DNA from: Limisphaerales bacterium
GTDB taxonomy: Bacteria > Verrucomicrobiota > Verrucomicrobiia > Limisphaerales > SIBE01
Length of the DNA stretch: 64,000 nt
Direction of reading: 5' to 3'
NCBI GenBank assembly: GCA_044225505.1
Contig: JBGAIN010000028.1
Span: 1-64,000, forward strand
The position numbers and the translations under genes were made by a program. Shown here piece after piece: positions 1 through 10,276 of this stretch; positions within the stretch are counted from its first letter, which is position 1; every line of letters starts with the position of its first letter. The notes beneath the pieces are model-generated. The model did not search any database, was not told the origin of the DNA, and saw only the letters and a program-made list of their open reading frames with translations.

Positions 1-81
1 GGTTTCGGCCTACCTTGGGCTCTGACTCCCTGGTGAAGGACCCGTCGTATACCACGGCTCAACTCTCCCTGGCCCGCGAAA

Positions 82-783
82 TCATCTTCCAGAACGGATC
101 TTTATATTTTGAAACCACGCGTCGTTGCCATGCTCAGTCAGCAGGATGTGACCGGAGATCTTATTCCCGAAGCCAGGGATCGCTCGGAACTTGCTCTCCG
201 CAATCGCGGCCTTGAGCGGTTCGCTCCCGCATTCGTATTCCAGGACTTTCTCTCCGTTGAGCCAGTGCTCAACGTGATCACCTCGAACCAGAATCTTAGA
301 GTGGTTGATTTCAGGAGCGAGACGGACTGGCGCGTGAGCCTTGGGCCCCAACACGTCGTAAAACGCTGCGGTCTGCTTTTTGGCACGGCTTTCAGTAGTG
401 TCATCGAGCATCTGATATTCGTGGCCAAGCACTTTGTCTCTCGTCTCGGAAACGAAATACTTCACTCCGTTGTTTGCCTTTGCGGGCAGACGCCAGTCCC
501 AGTCCAGCTCGAAGTCGCCAAAAGTCCGCATCGAGATGATATCACCGCCGTGCCTTCCAGCAACGCAGTGCAACCATCCCTCTTCAATGGCCCAGCCTTT
601 CTCTGGAAAGGTGTTTGTCTTGAAGCTTCGCCATCCGGCCGAGGTGCGGCCATCAAAGAGAAGCTCCCAGCCCGATTCCTTCTCCAGGGGCGTCAGTTCA
701 TTGGCGGGAGCCGCATGAACGACGATCGTTAGGAGCATCGCCGCCGCCGTCGAGGAAAGGACCTTAAAATACTCTCGGTTCAT
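82..783 (-). CDS. DUF1080 / 3-keto-disaccharide hydrolase family secreted protein
   Basis: 233-aa ORF with signal peptide; N-terminal NELTPLEKESGWELLFDG, NNGVKY, GHEYQMLDD, VEHWLNGEKV, and C-terminal GHILLTEHG...WFQNIKIR typical of DUF1080. Confidence 0.9.
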   Translation of the reverse strand: MNREYFKVLSSTAAAMLLTIVVHAAPANELTPLEKESGWELLFDGRTSAGWRSFKTNTFPEKGWAIEEGWLHCVAGRHGGDIISMRTFGDFELDWDWRLPAKANNGVKYFVSETRDKVLGHEYQMLDDTTESRAKKQTAAFYDVLGPKAHAPVRLAPEINHSKILVRGDHVEHWLNGEKVLEYECGSEPLKAAIAESKFRAIPGFGNKISGHILLTEHGNDAWFQNIKIRSGR

Positions 784-1283
784 TTGGATGATTGGAAACG
801 GCTTAGCTTAGAACAAAGAGATTGCATCTCAAGTTTGAAAGCGGTTCGCCCGCAGTCTCAAATCTCCGTCCGCCGGAGTCTTCGCCCAACGCCCATCATC
901 GGAAGCCGCATTCCATCATCCAAAGAGCATTTCGATAAACCGCCGCAAGAGTTCGTTCAGGAGAATATCCGACGTCTCATCCAGCTCGAAAAGTCCGCGA
1001 GTCGCTCTTTGCCATCATAGCGCCGCGGAATCCCGAAAACGTTACTTCGTGTTAACGGCTCGCGGTCAATCGGAAGAACCGGATCGCTGCACCCTCCGTC
1101 GGAACTTGCACGACAGCTGCAGTCCCTGGAGTGATGACGATCGCTTGGGTAGATTTCACCCACGGGCCGGTCGGACTGATCGATTGTTCAAGTTCTGCGA
1201 CTTCTGGTATGGACCATTTTGGTTGCTCCGGACATTATGAAGCCATGGCCATCTTTCCGTCACCTGATCCCCAGGGGAATCTC

Positions 1284-2699
1284 ATGAGTCGTCGCGAAGC
1301 GTTGAAACTGACCAGCTCAGTTCTGGCCGCAGCCACGCTTGCTCCGGCGATCGGCGCAGAAGCGCCTCGCCCCAAAAGTATCATTGTGGCGGGCGGCGGC
1401 ATTGGCGGACTTTGTGTAGCGTATGAATTAATGCAGCGAGGTCACCAAGTGACCGTCTTAGAGGCATCGGGGCGGGCTGGCGGACACGTGCGCAGCATTC
1501 ATGACCCTTTCCCCGACGGGTTGTATGCCGACCTCGGTGCTGAGCAATGTACAAAGCCAGGATACGAACGGTTTCGGCAGTATGCCCAAGAATTCGGACT
1601 GGAGTTACTGCCTTACCATCGCCGCGATGGCGAATCGCGATACCTCGGAGACAAGCTCTACACGGAGGAAATGCTCGCGGATCCCAATGTGCTCAAGGAC
1701 CTGGGCTTCAATTCGAGGGAGGCATCCTTTCTATCAACGCATGAGTGGCACGATCTGCCCTTGCTCTTTTTCGGTCCGTATCTTGACTCGATTACGAATG
1801 AGTACCAGCCGTTCAGCTCCGGGTTAGATGAGCTGGATGATATATCGGTCTTTGACCTGCTCCAGCGCGAGAAAGCGTCCGAGGCAGCGGCCCGTTTTGT
1901 GGGCGGAAAGGAGACCTCAGCACTCTATCGCGTTTGGACCGCGGCCATCCTCAAGCACCGCAAAGTGCCGACGTATCCAAAGGAGCTTTTTCGCATCAAA
2001 GGCGGAAACCAGCGAATGACCGAAGCTTTCGCGTCTCGCTTGGGTTCTCGCATCCGACTTGGTTGCCCTGTTACGAGGATTGTCCACGGAAAGTCGGGCG
2101 TGACTGTCCATTTTCAAGAGTTTGGGGAAGACAAGACGCAAGATGCGGATTTCCTCGTCAACGCAATTCCTTTGCCCGTCCTGAAAAGGATTCCTGTTGA
2201 GCCGGATTGGCCAGAGTCCAAGCGATGGGTAATGGAAAACATCGTTTATAACATGCAGACACGTATTGTGTTTGTCGCGCGTAGCCCGTTCTGGAAGCGA
2301 GATGGGCTCAATCCCCACATGGAGTTGGGTCACCCGAACCTCTTCCACGTTTGGCAGATGGCGGACGAAATTCCCGGCGAACGTGCCATCCTCATCGGTT
2401 CCGCCTCACCGGGAACGACCGACAAACAAGCACTCGCTGCTTACCAGAGCCGCTACCCGGGCAAGGCGCGGATAGAGATCGAACACACGCTCGCGCACCA
2501 ATGGTTTATGGATCGGTGGGCGCCCGTTTGTGAGCGTGAAGACTTTCGCGTCGGCCAAGTAAAGAAATTCTGGCCCTCTATCCTGGAACCTCACGGACGC
2601 ATTCACTTCGTCGGGGCGTATGCAGACAACCTCAATTGGGGTATGGAAGCTGCAACTCGATCCGCGAACCGCGTCGCTCGGGCGATCAGCGACGCATAA
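1284..2699 (+). CDS. Tat-exported flavin monoamine oxidase / L-amino acid oxidase family protein
   Basis: Start moved to in-frame ATG 1284 (GGGGAA upstream); twin-arginine SRREALK signal; FAD motif VAGGGIGGL, LEASGRAGGHV, DLGAE; C-terminal HFVGAY...GMEAATRSA. Confidence 0.88.
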   Translation: MSRREALKLTSSVLAAATLAPAIGAEAPRPKSIIVAGGGIGGLCVAYELMQRGHQVTVLEASGRAGGHVRSIHDPFPDGLYADLGAEQCTKPGYERFRQYAQEFGLELLPYHRRDGESRYLGDKLYTEEMLADPNVLKDLGFNSREASFLSTHEWHDLPLLFFGPYLDSITNEYQPFSSGLDELDDISVFDLLQREKASEAAARFVGGKETSALYRVWTAAILKHRKVPTYPKELFRIKGGNQRMTEAFASRLGSRIRLGCPVTRIVHGKSGVTVHFQEFGEDKTQDADFLVNAIPLPVLKRIPVEPDWPESKRWVMENIVYNMQTRIVFVARSPFWKRDGLNPHMELGHPNLFHVWQMADEIPGERAILIGSASPGTTDKQALAAYQSRYPGKARIEIEHTLAHQWFMDRWAPVCEREDFRVGQVKKFWPSILEPHGRIHFVGAYADNLNWGMEAATRSANRVARAISDA

Positions 2700-2727
2700 C
2701 TCGCCGCCTGGGTATTTGCGCAAGCGC

Positions 2728-3225
2728 TCACTTTAGAGCAACACGGTCATGCTGAGAACCTTCTTTGACCTCAGGACGAGTTCCAGTGACATAGGCTTTG
2801 GCTGCTTCGAAGGCATAGCGGATGCCATTCATGCCTTGATTGTCCCAGTATTCAGCTTCCTCGACCTGAACCGAGATCAATACGATATCAGGATCGTCCG
2901 CCCCTCGGGGAAACCAAGTCCGGTAAGACTCTTTCCAAAGTTCTCGAATGCGGCGCCGATCACTGATCAGGCGCCCTTTTCCACTAACCGACACGTATTG
3001 GCTATGGTCCTTCTGACAGACGATGAGTACCTTGCGGTCCTGTTCGATCTCGTGGACTTTGCTCGATTCTCGTCCGGTGAAGAACCACAGGTCGCAGTTC
3101 TCTTCGATCCGTGCGATGGCCATGGGCCGGGCACGCAGCCCATCCGGGTCCACATGGGTAACCAGGATGGCAGTGTCGAAGGTCTCTAAAAGGTCGTGAA
3201 TTTTCTCAGTCTCGCTCTCTGCCAT
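2728..3225 (-). CDS. Pyridoxamine 5'-phosphate oxidase-like / general stress protein 26 family
   Basis: LRARPMA, LWFFT, SKVHEI, YVSVSG, WFPRGADDPDIVLISV..EEAEYWD motifs; AGGAGA upstream. Confidence 0.9.
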   Translation of the reverse strand: MAESETEKIHDLLETFDTAILVTHVDPDGLRARPMAIARIEENCDLWFFTGRESSKVHEIEQDRKVLIVCQKDHSQYVSVSGKGRLISDRRRIRELWKESYRTWFPRGADDPDIVLISVQVEEAEYWDNQGMNGIRYAFEAAKAYVTGTRPEVKEGSQHDRVALK

Positions 3226-3668
3226 AGTCTCTCCTTTTCCTCCTGCAACCTGCCGTGGAATCGCCCGTTGTCAAAGGGACAGAAGCGGATCCGAGGATAA
3301 AACCGCCCGTTTTACGCCTGGGTGGATCCACGGAAAGACGTTCAGGTTCTGGCGATGGTGCGTCTAGGCATGTTCCGTAACCTCGCGGAAAGGCCCGGAG
3401 CGATGTCTCAAACATGGGAACGTCACTCACGAACCTTTAGGAGTGGCACAAACGATTTGCAGTTTTGCGATAAGCTGACCAACTACTACGCAAGTGCACA
3501 CCTGAGATGGGCTTATCCATCCTGTTTTCCCCCGGGCGAAAACCTGAATTTTACAGAATCTTCCACGCGCGGTCTGTCGAAGGTGAGCTCCGGAGACGGT
3601 GTTTCCTCGTCGGCATTAAGGATGCTATCGGGTGTTAGCGAGCAATCGTGCAAATACGTACCAAGCAC

Positions 3669-4076
3669 ATGAGAATTCTAGTAGTCGACGACGAACCCAT
3701 GGTCTGCGAATCCATGCGAATGATTCTGGAGATGGACGGCCATGAAATGGACGAAGCCTATAGCGGATCCGAAGCGCTCACCAAACTCGGAGACCGCACT
3801 TTCGACCTGGTCTTCACCGATTTCTTTATGCCGGGAATGCGAGGCGATCAGCTTGCGCAGGAAGTTCGGGGAAGAAGCCACGATACGACCGTGGTCATGG
3901 TCACAGGATACCCACCAAATCCAGCGCCTCGCGATGTCGCTAAGGTCATGCTGAAGCCCTTTGATCTAAAATCAATCCGGGGTGTCATCACTGAGGTCAG
4001 CGCGGCGGCGGCGGCGATCGCGGCCAAGAGTGAGTGCGGCCATGCGGCATTCTTCGGGAGCAGCCTTGCGGCATAA
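3669..4076 (+). CDS. Single-domain response regulator (CheY-like receiver)
   Basis: MRILVVDDEP, LVFTDFFMPGMRG, VTG, KPF. Confidence 0.9.
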   Translation: MRILVVDDEPMVCESMRMILEMDGHEMDEAYSGSEALTKLGDRTFDLVFTDFFMPGMRGDQLAQEVRGRSHDTTVVMVTGYPPNPAPRDVAKVMLKPFDLKSIRGVITEVSAAAAAIAAKSECGHAAFFGSSLAA

Positions 4077-4126
4077 CCGTGCGCAACGGCTTGGCGAGGC
4101 GCGGCCGCACGCCGCGTCACCTGATC

Positions 4127-5416
4127 TCAATTCCGCTCGTCAACGGCAGTATAATGTCGCAGCGGCGACCCGACATAGACTTGGCGGGGTCGGTAGATGC
4201 GAGACTTCGGATCATCAAGAATCTCCTTAAAATTAGCGATCCAACCTGGCATTCGTCCGATCGCAAACATGACCGGGAACATCTCGGTTGGAATTGCCAA
4301 GGCCCGCATGATAATCCCGCTGTAGAAGTCGACGTTGGGATAGAGCTTTCTCTCCACGAAATAAGAGTCCTGCAATGCTGCAGCCTCCAAACGGCGTGCG
4401 ATATCGAGTAGTGGATCGGTAATGTGAAGTGATCCCAAAAGCCGGTCGCAAGCCTTCTGAATGATCCGAGCGCGGGGGTCGTAATTCTTATAGACTCGGT
4501 GGCCAAAGCCCATGAGTCGCTTGCCACTCGTCTTGTCCTTGGCCGCCTCGATGAATCGCCGACCGTCGTCACCGGAATCGTGAATCTGCTGTAGCATTTC
4601 GATAACCGCCTGATTCGCCCCTCCGTGCAGCGGCCCCCAAAGAGCGCAGACTCCGGCCGCGGCGCTTGCGAACAGATTCGCCTGGCTGGATGCCACCATA
4701 CGCACCGTAGAGGTCGAACAGTTCTGTTCGTGATCCGCGTGAAGAAGCAAAATCAAATCGAGAGCTCGGACGACCTCCGGCTTCAACGGATATTCTTGAT
4801 ACGGCTCCGAGTACATCATGTGCAGCAGATTGGACGTGTAGTCCAAACTGCGCCGCGGATATATTATCGGTCGCCCCCGCGATTTCCGATACGAAAACGC
4901 CGCAATAGTCCGCACCTGCGAGAGCAGCCGCGCTGCATGAATATCGAATCGCTGCCGATTCGCGGGGCCCATCAGGCCCGGGTAAAAGCAGCTGCTCGCG
5001 TTGATCATCGCGGACAGGATCGCCATCGGATGCGCATGCGGCGGGAACCCCTCAAAGTGATGGCGCATGTTCTCGTGCAAATTCTGATTCTGCACGAGCC
5101 GATCTCCAAACTCGCTTAGTTGTGCGCGATTGGGCAGGTTACCGTAAATCAACAGATAAGCTGTCTCGACGAAGGTCGAGGATTCAGCCAACTCTTCGAT
5201 CGGTATGCCGCGGTAACGAAGAATGCCCTTCTCGCCGTCGATGAACGTGATGGCACTGAGGCAGGAGCCGGTGTTTCCGTAGCCGTCGTCCAACGTGATA
5301 CAGCCAGTTTTCTCGCGCAGTCCGGAAATATCGACCGCTTTCTCACCTTCGGTTCCCAGAATGACGGGAAGTTCGGTCGCTTTTCCGCCATACTGGAATG
5401 TTGCCACGTCACTCAT
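4127..5416 (-). CDS. gltA: Citrate synthase (type II)
   Basis: [59 protein letters not shown]. Confidence 0.98.
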   Translation of the reverse strand: MSDVATFQYGGKATELPVILGTEGEKAVDISGLREKTGCITLDDGYGNTGSCLSAITFIDGEKGILRYRGIPIEELAESSTFVETAYLLIYGNLPNRAQLSEFGDRLVQNQNLHENMRHHFEGFPPHAHPMAILSAMINASSCFYPGLMGPANRQRFDIHAARLLSQVRTIAAFSYRKSRGRPIIYPRRSLDYTSNLLHMMYSEPYQEYPLKPEVVRALDLILLLHADHEQNCSTSTVRMVASSQANLFASAAAGVCALWGPLHGGANQAVIEMLQQIHDSGDDGRRFIEAAKDKTSGKRLMGFGHRVYKNYDPRARIIQKACDRLLGSLHITDPLLDIARRLEAAALQDSYFVERKLYPNVDFYSGIIMRALAIPTEMFPVMFAIGRMPGWIANFKEILDDPKSRIYRPRQVYVGSPLRHYTAVDERN

Positions 5417-5421
5417 AATTT

Positions 5422-5450
5422 ACTCTAGAGAGCATGCCCGATCGAGGCAA
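5422..5450 (-). promoter_or_regulatory. Putative sigma70 promoter of gltA (leaderless transcript)
   Basis: Minus strand TTGCCT-N17-TAGAGT, separated from the ATG by 5 nt; no Shine-Dalgarno. Confidence 0.5.
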
Positions 5451-5477
5451 TCAAGCGCTTTGGCAAACCAACTCAAT

Positions 5478-6935
5478 TTATGCGACGATTTCGCTAATGA
5501 CATGTCCCATGTCCGTCGTCCCAGTCAATCGAGCATCCAAGCCCTGGAACTTCACCGAGAGTCGCAAATGTTCAATCCCGAGGAGGTGCAGCATTGTGGC
5601 GTGCAAATCGTGAACGTCGATCGGGTTCTCTACGGCCGAATAGCCGAGTTCATCCGTCGCGCCATAAACGAGCCCGCGCTTGATCCCACCGCCGCATAGC
5701 CAAATGGTAAAACCTGCGTTGTGATGGTCGCGACCATCTCCTCCTTGGCTCATAGGAGTCCGTCCAAACTCCCCCGCCCAGACGATCAGTGTGTCCTTGA
5801 GCATGTCCCGCTGCTTGAGATCGCGAATCAAAGCCATGCAAGCGCGATCAACCTCCTGAGCCTTGAACGTAATTCCTTCCTTCACTCCGCCATGATGGTC
5901 CCAATCTTTGTGATAGAGCTGAATGAATCGAACTCCTCGCTCGGCCAGTCGTCGCGCGAGCAGGCAATTGGAAGCGAACGAACCGTCCCCAGGTTGACAG
6001 CCATACAGGTCAAGAATGTGTTGCGGCTCTTTCTTGGTGTCCATGAGTTCGGGGACGCTCGCCTGCATTTGAAACGCCATCTCGTACTGCGCGATGCGGG
6101 TAGAGATCTCCGGATCATCAACAAGAGTGTCATATTTAGCGTTAATGCTATTGACCGCACGCACAACCGCTCGCTGTTGCTCTCGTGAGACCCCGGCAGG
6201 ACTTCCTAAATACAGGACCGGATCCCCTTTACCTCGCAAATGAACGCCTTGAAAACGGCTCGGCAAGAAGCCCGAAGCCCATTGCCGGGCTGCGATGGGC
6301 TGGTTCTGTCCTCCCTTCCCGAGCGATGTTAGGACCACAAACCCTGGCAAGTCCTCCGCCTCGCAACCAAGACCGTAAACCATCCACGATCCCATACTCG
6401 GACGCCCGGCGATTTGGGAGCCCGTGTTCATAAACATGTGAGCTGGATCATGGTTGATGGCTTCGGTGGTCATCGAGCGAACCAGGCAGAGCTCGTCGAC
6501 GACAGACCCGATATGCTCAAATAACTCGCACATCTCCACCCCGCCCTGCCCGAACCGCTTGAAGTTCAGTTGCGGCCCATAACAAACCAGTTTAGCCCCT
6601 TGAAGCTGCGCAATCTGTTTGCCCTTGGTAAAGGATTCGGGCATGGGTTGGCCGTGCATCGCTCCGAGCTTTGGCTTCGGATCGAAGGTCTCCAAGTGCG
6701 ACGGACCACCCGCCATTGTCAGCCAGATGACCCGCTTAGCCTTGGCAGGGTGGTGCAATGGATTGACCGCTCCCGTCCACTTCGGGGCTTTGGTCGCCGC
6801 CGCAGCGCGCCACAGAGCCGGATTGGCCAATGACGCTAGCGCCAAAGTTCCAAGCCCTTGCGAGGCTCGGCCCAAAAAGGCGCGACGCGTTTGTTGTTGG
6901 TGGAGGAGTTGTTGAACCTCAGAGATAAAGTTCAT
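5478..6935 (-). CDS. DUF1501 family protein (Tat signal; planctomycete/verrucomicrobial type)
   Basis: TRRAFLG signal; AKAKRVIWLTMAGGPSHLETFDPKP, LARRLAERGVRFIQL, WDHH, GEFGRTP, GRDH. Confidence 0.95.
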   Translation of the reverse strand: MNFISEVQQLLHQQQTRRAFLGRASQGLGTLALASLANPALWRAAAATKAPKWTGAVNPLHHPAKAKRVIWLTMAGGPSHLETFDPKPKLGAMHGQPMPESFTKGKQIAQLQGAKLVCYGPQLNFKRFGQGGVEMCELFEHIGSVVDELCLVRSMTTEAINHDPAHMFMNTGSQIAGRPSMGSWMVYGLGCEAEDLPGFVVLTSLGKGGQNQPIAARQWASGFLPSRFQGVHLRGKGDPVLYLGSPAGVSREQQRAVVRAVNSINAKYDTLVDDPEISTRIAQYEMAFQMQASVPELMDTKKEPQHILDLYGCQPGDGSFASNCLLARRLAERGVRFIQLYHKDWDHHGGVKEGITFKAQEVDRACMALIRDLKQRDMLKDTLIVWAGEFGRTPMSQGGDGRDHHNAGFTIWLCGGGIKRGLVYGATDELGYSAVENPIDVHDLHATMLHLLGIEHLRLSVKFQGLDARLTGTTDMGHVISEIVA

Positions 6936-6937
6936 CT

Positions 6938-9900
6938 TTAGGAGCGGGTGATAGTTTCGTGCAGATTCAGAATGACTCGAGCGACACTAATCCAAGCTGC
7001 GAATTCGGACGTCAGCAGCCCTTCAGGCGCGCGTCCTGATAACGATTCCGTCCGCGCCAGCGAGTCATTCCCTTTGAGCTCGGTCAATTGTTGGTAAAGG
7101 AGGTTAAACAACGTTTCCATCTCGTCAGAGCGCGGCGCCCGGCTGAGCGCTTGCTGGAACGCCCACGTAATTCTGGAAGTTACCTCTGACCCTCCGTTCC
7201 GCAAAATGTGTTCGGCAAAGACCCGCGCCGCTTCCACGTAAGTTGGATCGTTCAGAAGCACCAGAGCCTGCTGTGGAATATTCGACCGGCTCCGGTCTGC
7301 GGCACACTCTTCGCGGCTGGGCGCATCGAATGCCACTAAGCTCGGATGCAGAAACGAACGTTGCCACCAGGTATAAAGCCCGCGTCGGTGCTGGTCCGAG
7401 CCCGTGCTCGCTTCGTAACTCCGGACCGGGAAGTTAAGGTTCTCCCAGTAGCCGTCTGGCTGGTAAGGTTTGACGCTTGGGCCCCCTACCCTTGTGGTGA
7501 GCAATCCTGCGATCGACAGGACGTTGTCCCGCACTAATTCGGCATCCAAGCGCCACCGGCTCTGCCGACTGAACTCCCGGTTGTAGGGATCACGCGTCGC
7601 CATCTCCCGCGAGACGGTGGAAACCTGGCGGTAAGTATCGCTGTCAACCATCAACCGGACGATGTGTTTTACGTCCCATCCACTGTCCATGAATTCACAA
7701 GCGAGCCAGTCGAGCAACGGTTGGTTCGGAGGCGGCTCCCCTTGCGCGCCAAAATCGTCCAGCACCTTGGACAAGCCAGCGCCAAAAAACTGTTTCCACA
7801 GACGATTCACGACCACGCGGGCGGTCAACGGATTCTCGCGCGCCACCAGCCAATTGGCCAGGTCCAGACGGGTCAAAACTCGACCCGGTTCACGTTGCGA
7901 GGTAGACACCAGGTAAGCTGGCAAGGCGGGTTGAACGATTTCCCCACTCTCGACCATCCAATTCCCACGCGGCAGCACTCGAACGGTTCGAGGCTTCTCC
8001 AACGATGTGGAAACCAAACAATGCGGCAGGCTCGTCTCGAACTCGTCCTTGGCTTTCTGGGCGGTCTTCAGCTCTCGGCGCGTTTCCGCGAGTTCAAAGG
8101 CGACGCTGCGGTAGTGCGCCAAGAGCTTCGCCACCTGTTCTTCCGACCGTTCGCTCGCAGGCCTCAGGAGAAGCGCTCGTATCTCCGAGGGAGGTAAAGC
8201 GTTACTCGGAGCCCGCACAACTTCGGGCTTGGCAGTAGCGGAGACGCGAAACCGCCCAAGCACAGTATTATTCCCCTTCATCTGCGTCAGCACGATAGAG
8301 AGAGACTGTTCGGCGTCTATGTCTACTGGAGACGCCAGCGCCAGGTAGATCGCCTGTGGCACGCCCTCAAGGCGGTCTACCTGCCAACCCCTTTCGGCGC
8401 TCCCATCCGACACAACCGCTGCCAGCGCAGGCGACGAAGGCCGTTCAAATGTCGCCGTGGCAGACCCGAGTTCGATCCTGTTTCCTCGCTCGTCTTCGAG
8501 GTGCACTTCGCTCAGCGCGAAAGCTCCCCCTTTGGCTCGGCCTGGTCCGTGATCCGGCAGCTGATCTGACGTCATCCCTTCGATGCGCAATCCCACGATC
8601 CCACGCAGTGCTGAGTGAATTCGGACGTGATAAACATCAGTTCCGTTGGGCGGATCTTTCTCGGCAGCAATGACACCAGTGGAGTCGATTCGCAACTTAA
8701 CGCCGCTCTCCGCGCTCGCGTCCAGCACCGACACCGGGCTCCAAAACTCTTCCTCCCTGGCGGCACGCTCTGCGCCCCGCGTCCACTCGTTGAAGGCTTC
8801 GGGTCGCGCCCGTTCAAAGTCCTGTCGCACCCTCACCAATTTCGCGGTGAGCGCACCGAGTTGTTCGGATTGGGCGGGCGTTGGAACTAAGATCCCATCC
8901 TCTCGCTTGCCGATGATGGGCTCACGGATATCCGCAAAAAATGCTCCAAGCGAATAGAAGTCTCGCGAGGTTATCGGGTCAAACTTGTGGTCATGACACT
9001 GCGCGCACCCGATCGTTTGTCCCAGCCAAACCGCTCCGACAGCCCGCACGCGATCGGTCAACATCCGCGCTTCGTAGTCCTTCGGTTGTGCGCCGCCCTC
9101 CTCCGTTGTAAGCAGGAGCCGGTTGAATGCCGAGGCGACCTGCTGTTCCACGCCAGCTCCCGGAAGGAGATCGCCGGCGATCTGTTCGCGGGTGAACCGA
9201 TCGAATGGCTTATTCTCGTTGAACGCGCGGATCACGTAGTCTCGATATGGCCAAACATTCCGGGGGTTGTCGGAATGATATCCGATCGTGTCGGCGTAAC
9301 GGACGATATCAAGCCAACCAATGGCCATGCGCTCACCGTAGGCTGGCCCCGCGAGCAAGGACTCTATCAGGTGCTCATAGGCGGTGGGGGTCGTGTCGTG
9401 TTCAAATGCTTCGACCTGATCCGGCGTGGGCGGGATTCCCCACAGGTCCAAATAGAGTCTTCGCGCTAAAGTGCGGCGATCCGCCATCGGGCTGGGTTCC
9501 ATCCCGACTTGCGCCAGGCGCTGTTGCACCAGGAAATCAACGGCGTGGCGAACCCCCGGGACGGGCACCTTGCCAGGGACGGTGTATGACCAATGCCCTT
9601 CATAGCGTGCGCCGTCTTGAACCCACTGGCGGAGCAGGCGCTTTTCCGCTGACGTGAGGACTTTGTGAGACTTGGGCGGGGGCATGAGCTCGTCCTCGTT
9701 TGCCGAATCGATGCGCTGGATGAGCTCGCTCTTGGAAGGGTCTCCCGGCACAATCGCGCCCTTGGCGATCGCTTCTTCACGCACGTCCAATCGTAGCTTC
9801 CCCTTGCGTTTGCTTTGGTCCGGTCCGTGGCAGGCGAAACAGTTGTCGGACAAGACCGGGCGGATATCACGGTTGTAGCCGACCTCGAGTCGAGCGCGGG

Positions 9901-9979
9901 CGGGGACTTCCGCAAAGGCATTCGAGGCAATCAGTGCGAGCAGCGCCGCACAACCGAAGCGAGTTCGAAGGTCAATCAT
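6938..9979 (-). CDS. Planctomycete cytochrome c / PSD1 (DUF1549-DUF1553) domain protein
   Basis: Likely start ATG 9979 with signal peptide; YNRDIRPVLSDNCFACHGPD, WLDIVRYADT, CAQCHDHKFDP, NPLTARVVVNRLW, PQQALVLLNDP; directly upstream of DUF1501. Confidence 0.95.
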   Translation of the reverse strand: MIDLRTRFGCAALLALIASNAFAEVPARARLEVGYNRDIRPVLSDNCFACHGPDQSKRKGKLRLDVREEAIAKGAIVPGDPSKSELIQRIDSANEDELMPPPKSHKVLTSAEKRLLRQWVQDGARYEGHWSYTVPGKVPVPGVRHAVDFLVQQRLAQVGMEPSPMADRRTLARRLYLDLWGIPPTPDQVEAFEHDTTPTAYEHLIESLLAGPAYGERMAIGWLDIVRYADTIGYHSDNPRNVWPYRDYVIRAFNENKPFDRFTREQIAGDLLPGAGVEQQVASAFNRLLLTTEEGGAQPKDYEARMLTDRVRAVGAVWLGQTIGCAQCHDHKFDPITSRDFYSLGAFFADIREPIIGKREDGILVPTPAQSEQLGALTAKLVRVRQDFERARPEAFNEWTRGAERAAREEEFWSPVSVLDASAESGVKLRIDSTGVIAAEKDPPNGTDVYHVRIHSALRGIVGLRIEGMTSDQLPDHGPGRAKGGAFALSEVHLEDERGNRIELGSATATFERPSSPALAAVVSDGSAERGWQVDRLEGVPQAIYLALASPVDIDAEQSLSIVLTQMKGNNTVLGRFRVSATAKPEVVRAPSNALPPSEIRALLLRPASERSEEQVAKLLAHYRSVAFELAETRRELKTAQKAKDEFETSLPHCLVSTSLEKPRTVRVLPRGNWMVESGEIVQPALPAYLVSTSQREPGRVLTRLDLANWLVARENPLTARVVVNRLWKQFFGAGLSKVLDDFGAQGEPPPNQPLLDWLACEFMDSGWDVKHIVRLMVDSDTYRQVSTVSREMATRDPYNREFSRQSRWRLDAELVRDNVLSIAGLLTTRVGGPSVKPYQPDGYWENLNFPVRSYEASTGSDQHRRGLYTWWQRSFLHPSLVAFDAPSREECAADRSRSNIPQQALVLLNDPTYVEAARVFAEHILRNGGSEVTSRITWAFQQALSRAPRSDEMETLFNLLYQQLTELKGNDSLARTESLSGRAPEGLLTSEFAAWISVARVILNLHETITRS

Positions 9980-10276
9980 AGTCTTCGCCGATGAACCGGG
10001 ACGGAAAGAGAGTAACACAGCGGTAAGCCGGAACAATCGCGAATTCCTGAAGTTTACAGGAGTCACGGGAGGCTGAATCGGCCTCCACGGGCTATGCCAG
10101 CCGCGTTGGCCATCGAGCCGCGCGCCACCTCGGCAGCGACCGTAGTCCCCAACTGCCCGGAATCGCGACACGCAGCGCGCCCAACGGCCGAGCTCAAAAT
10201 TGGTCCGTTGCAGTAGACCGCTTTACGCGAATTTCTGATGTTGACACGTTTCCGGCACCCTACGAGGATTTCGGTC

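Noticed and set aside
3444..3460. TGGCAC...TTGC resembling a sigma54 promoter before the response regulator
   Set aside because: GG-GC spacing is 2 nt longer than the strict -24/-12 consensus
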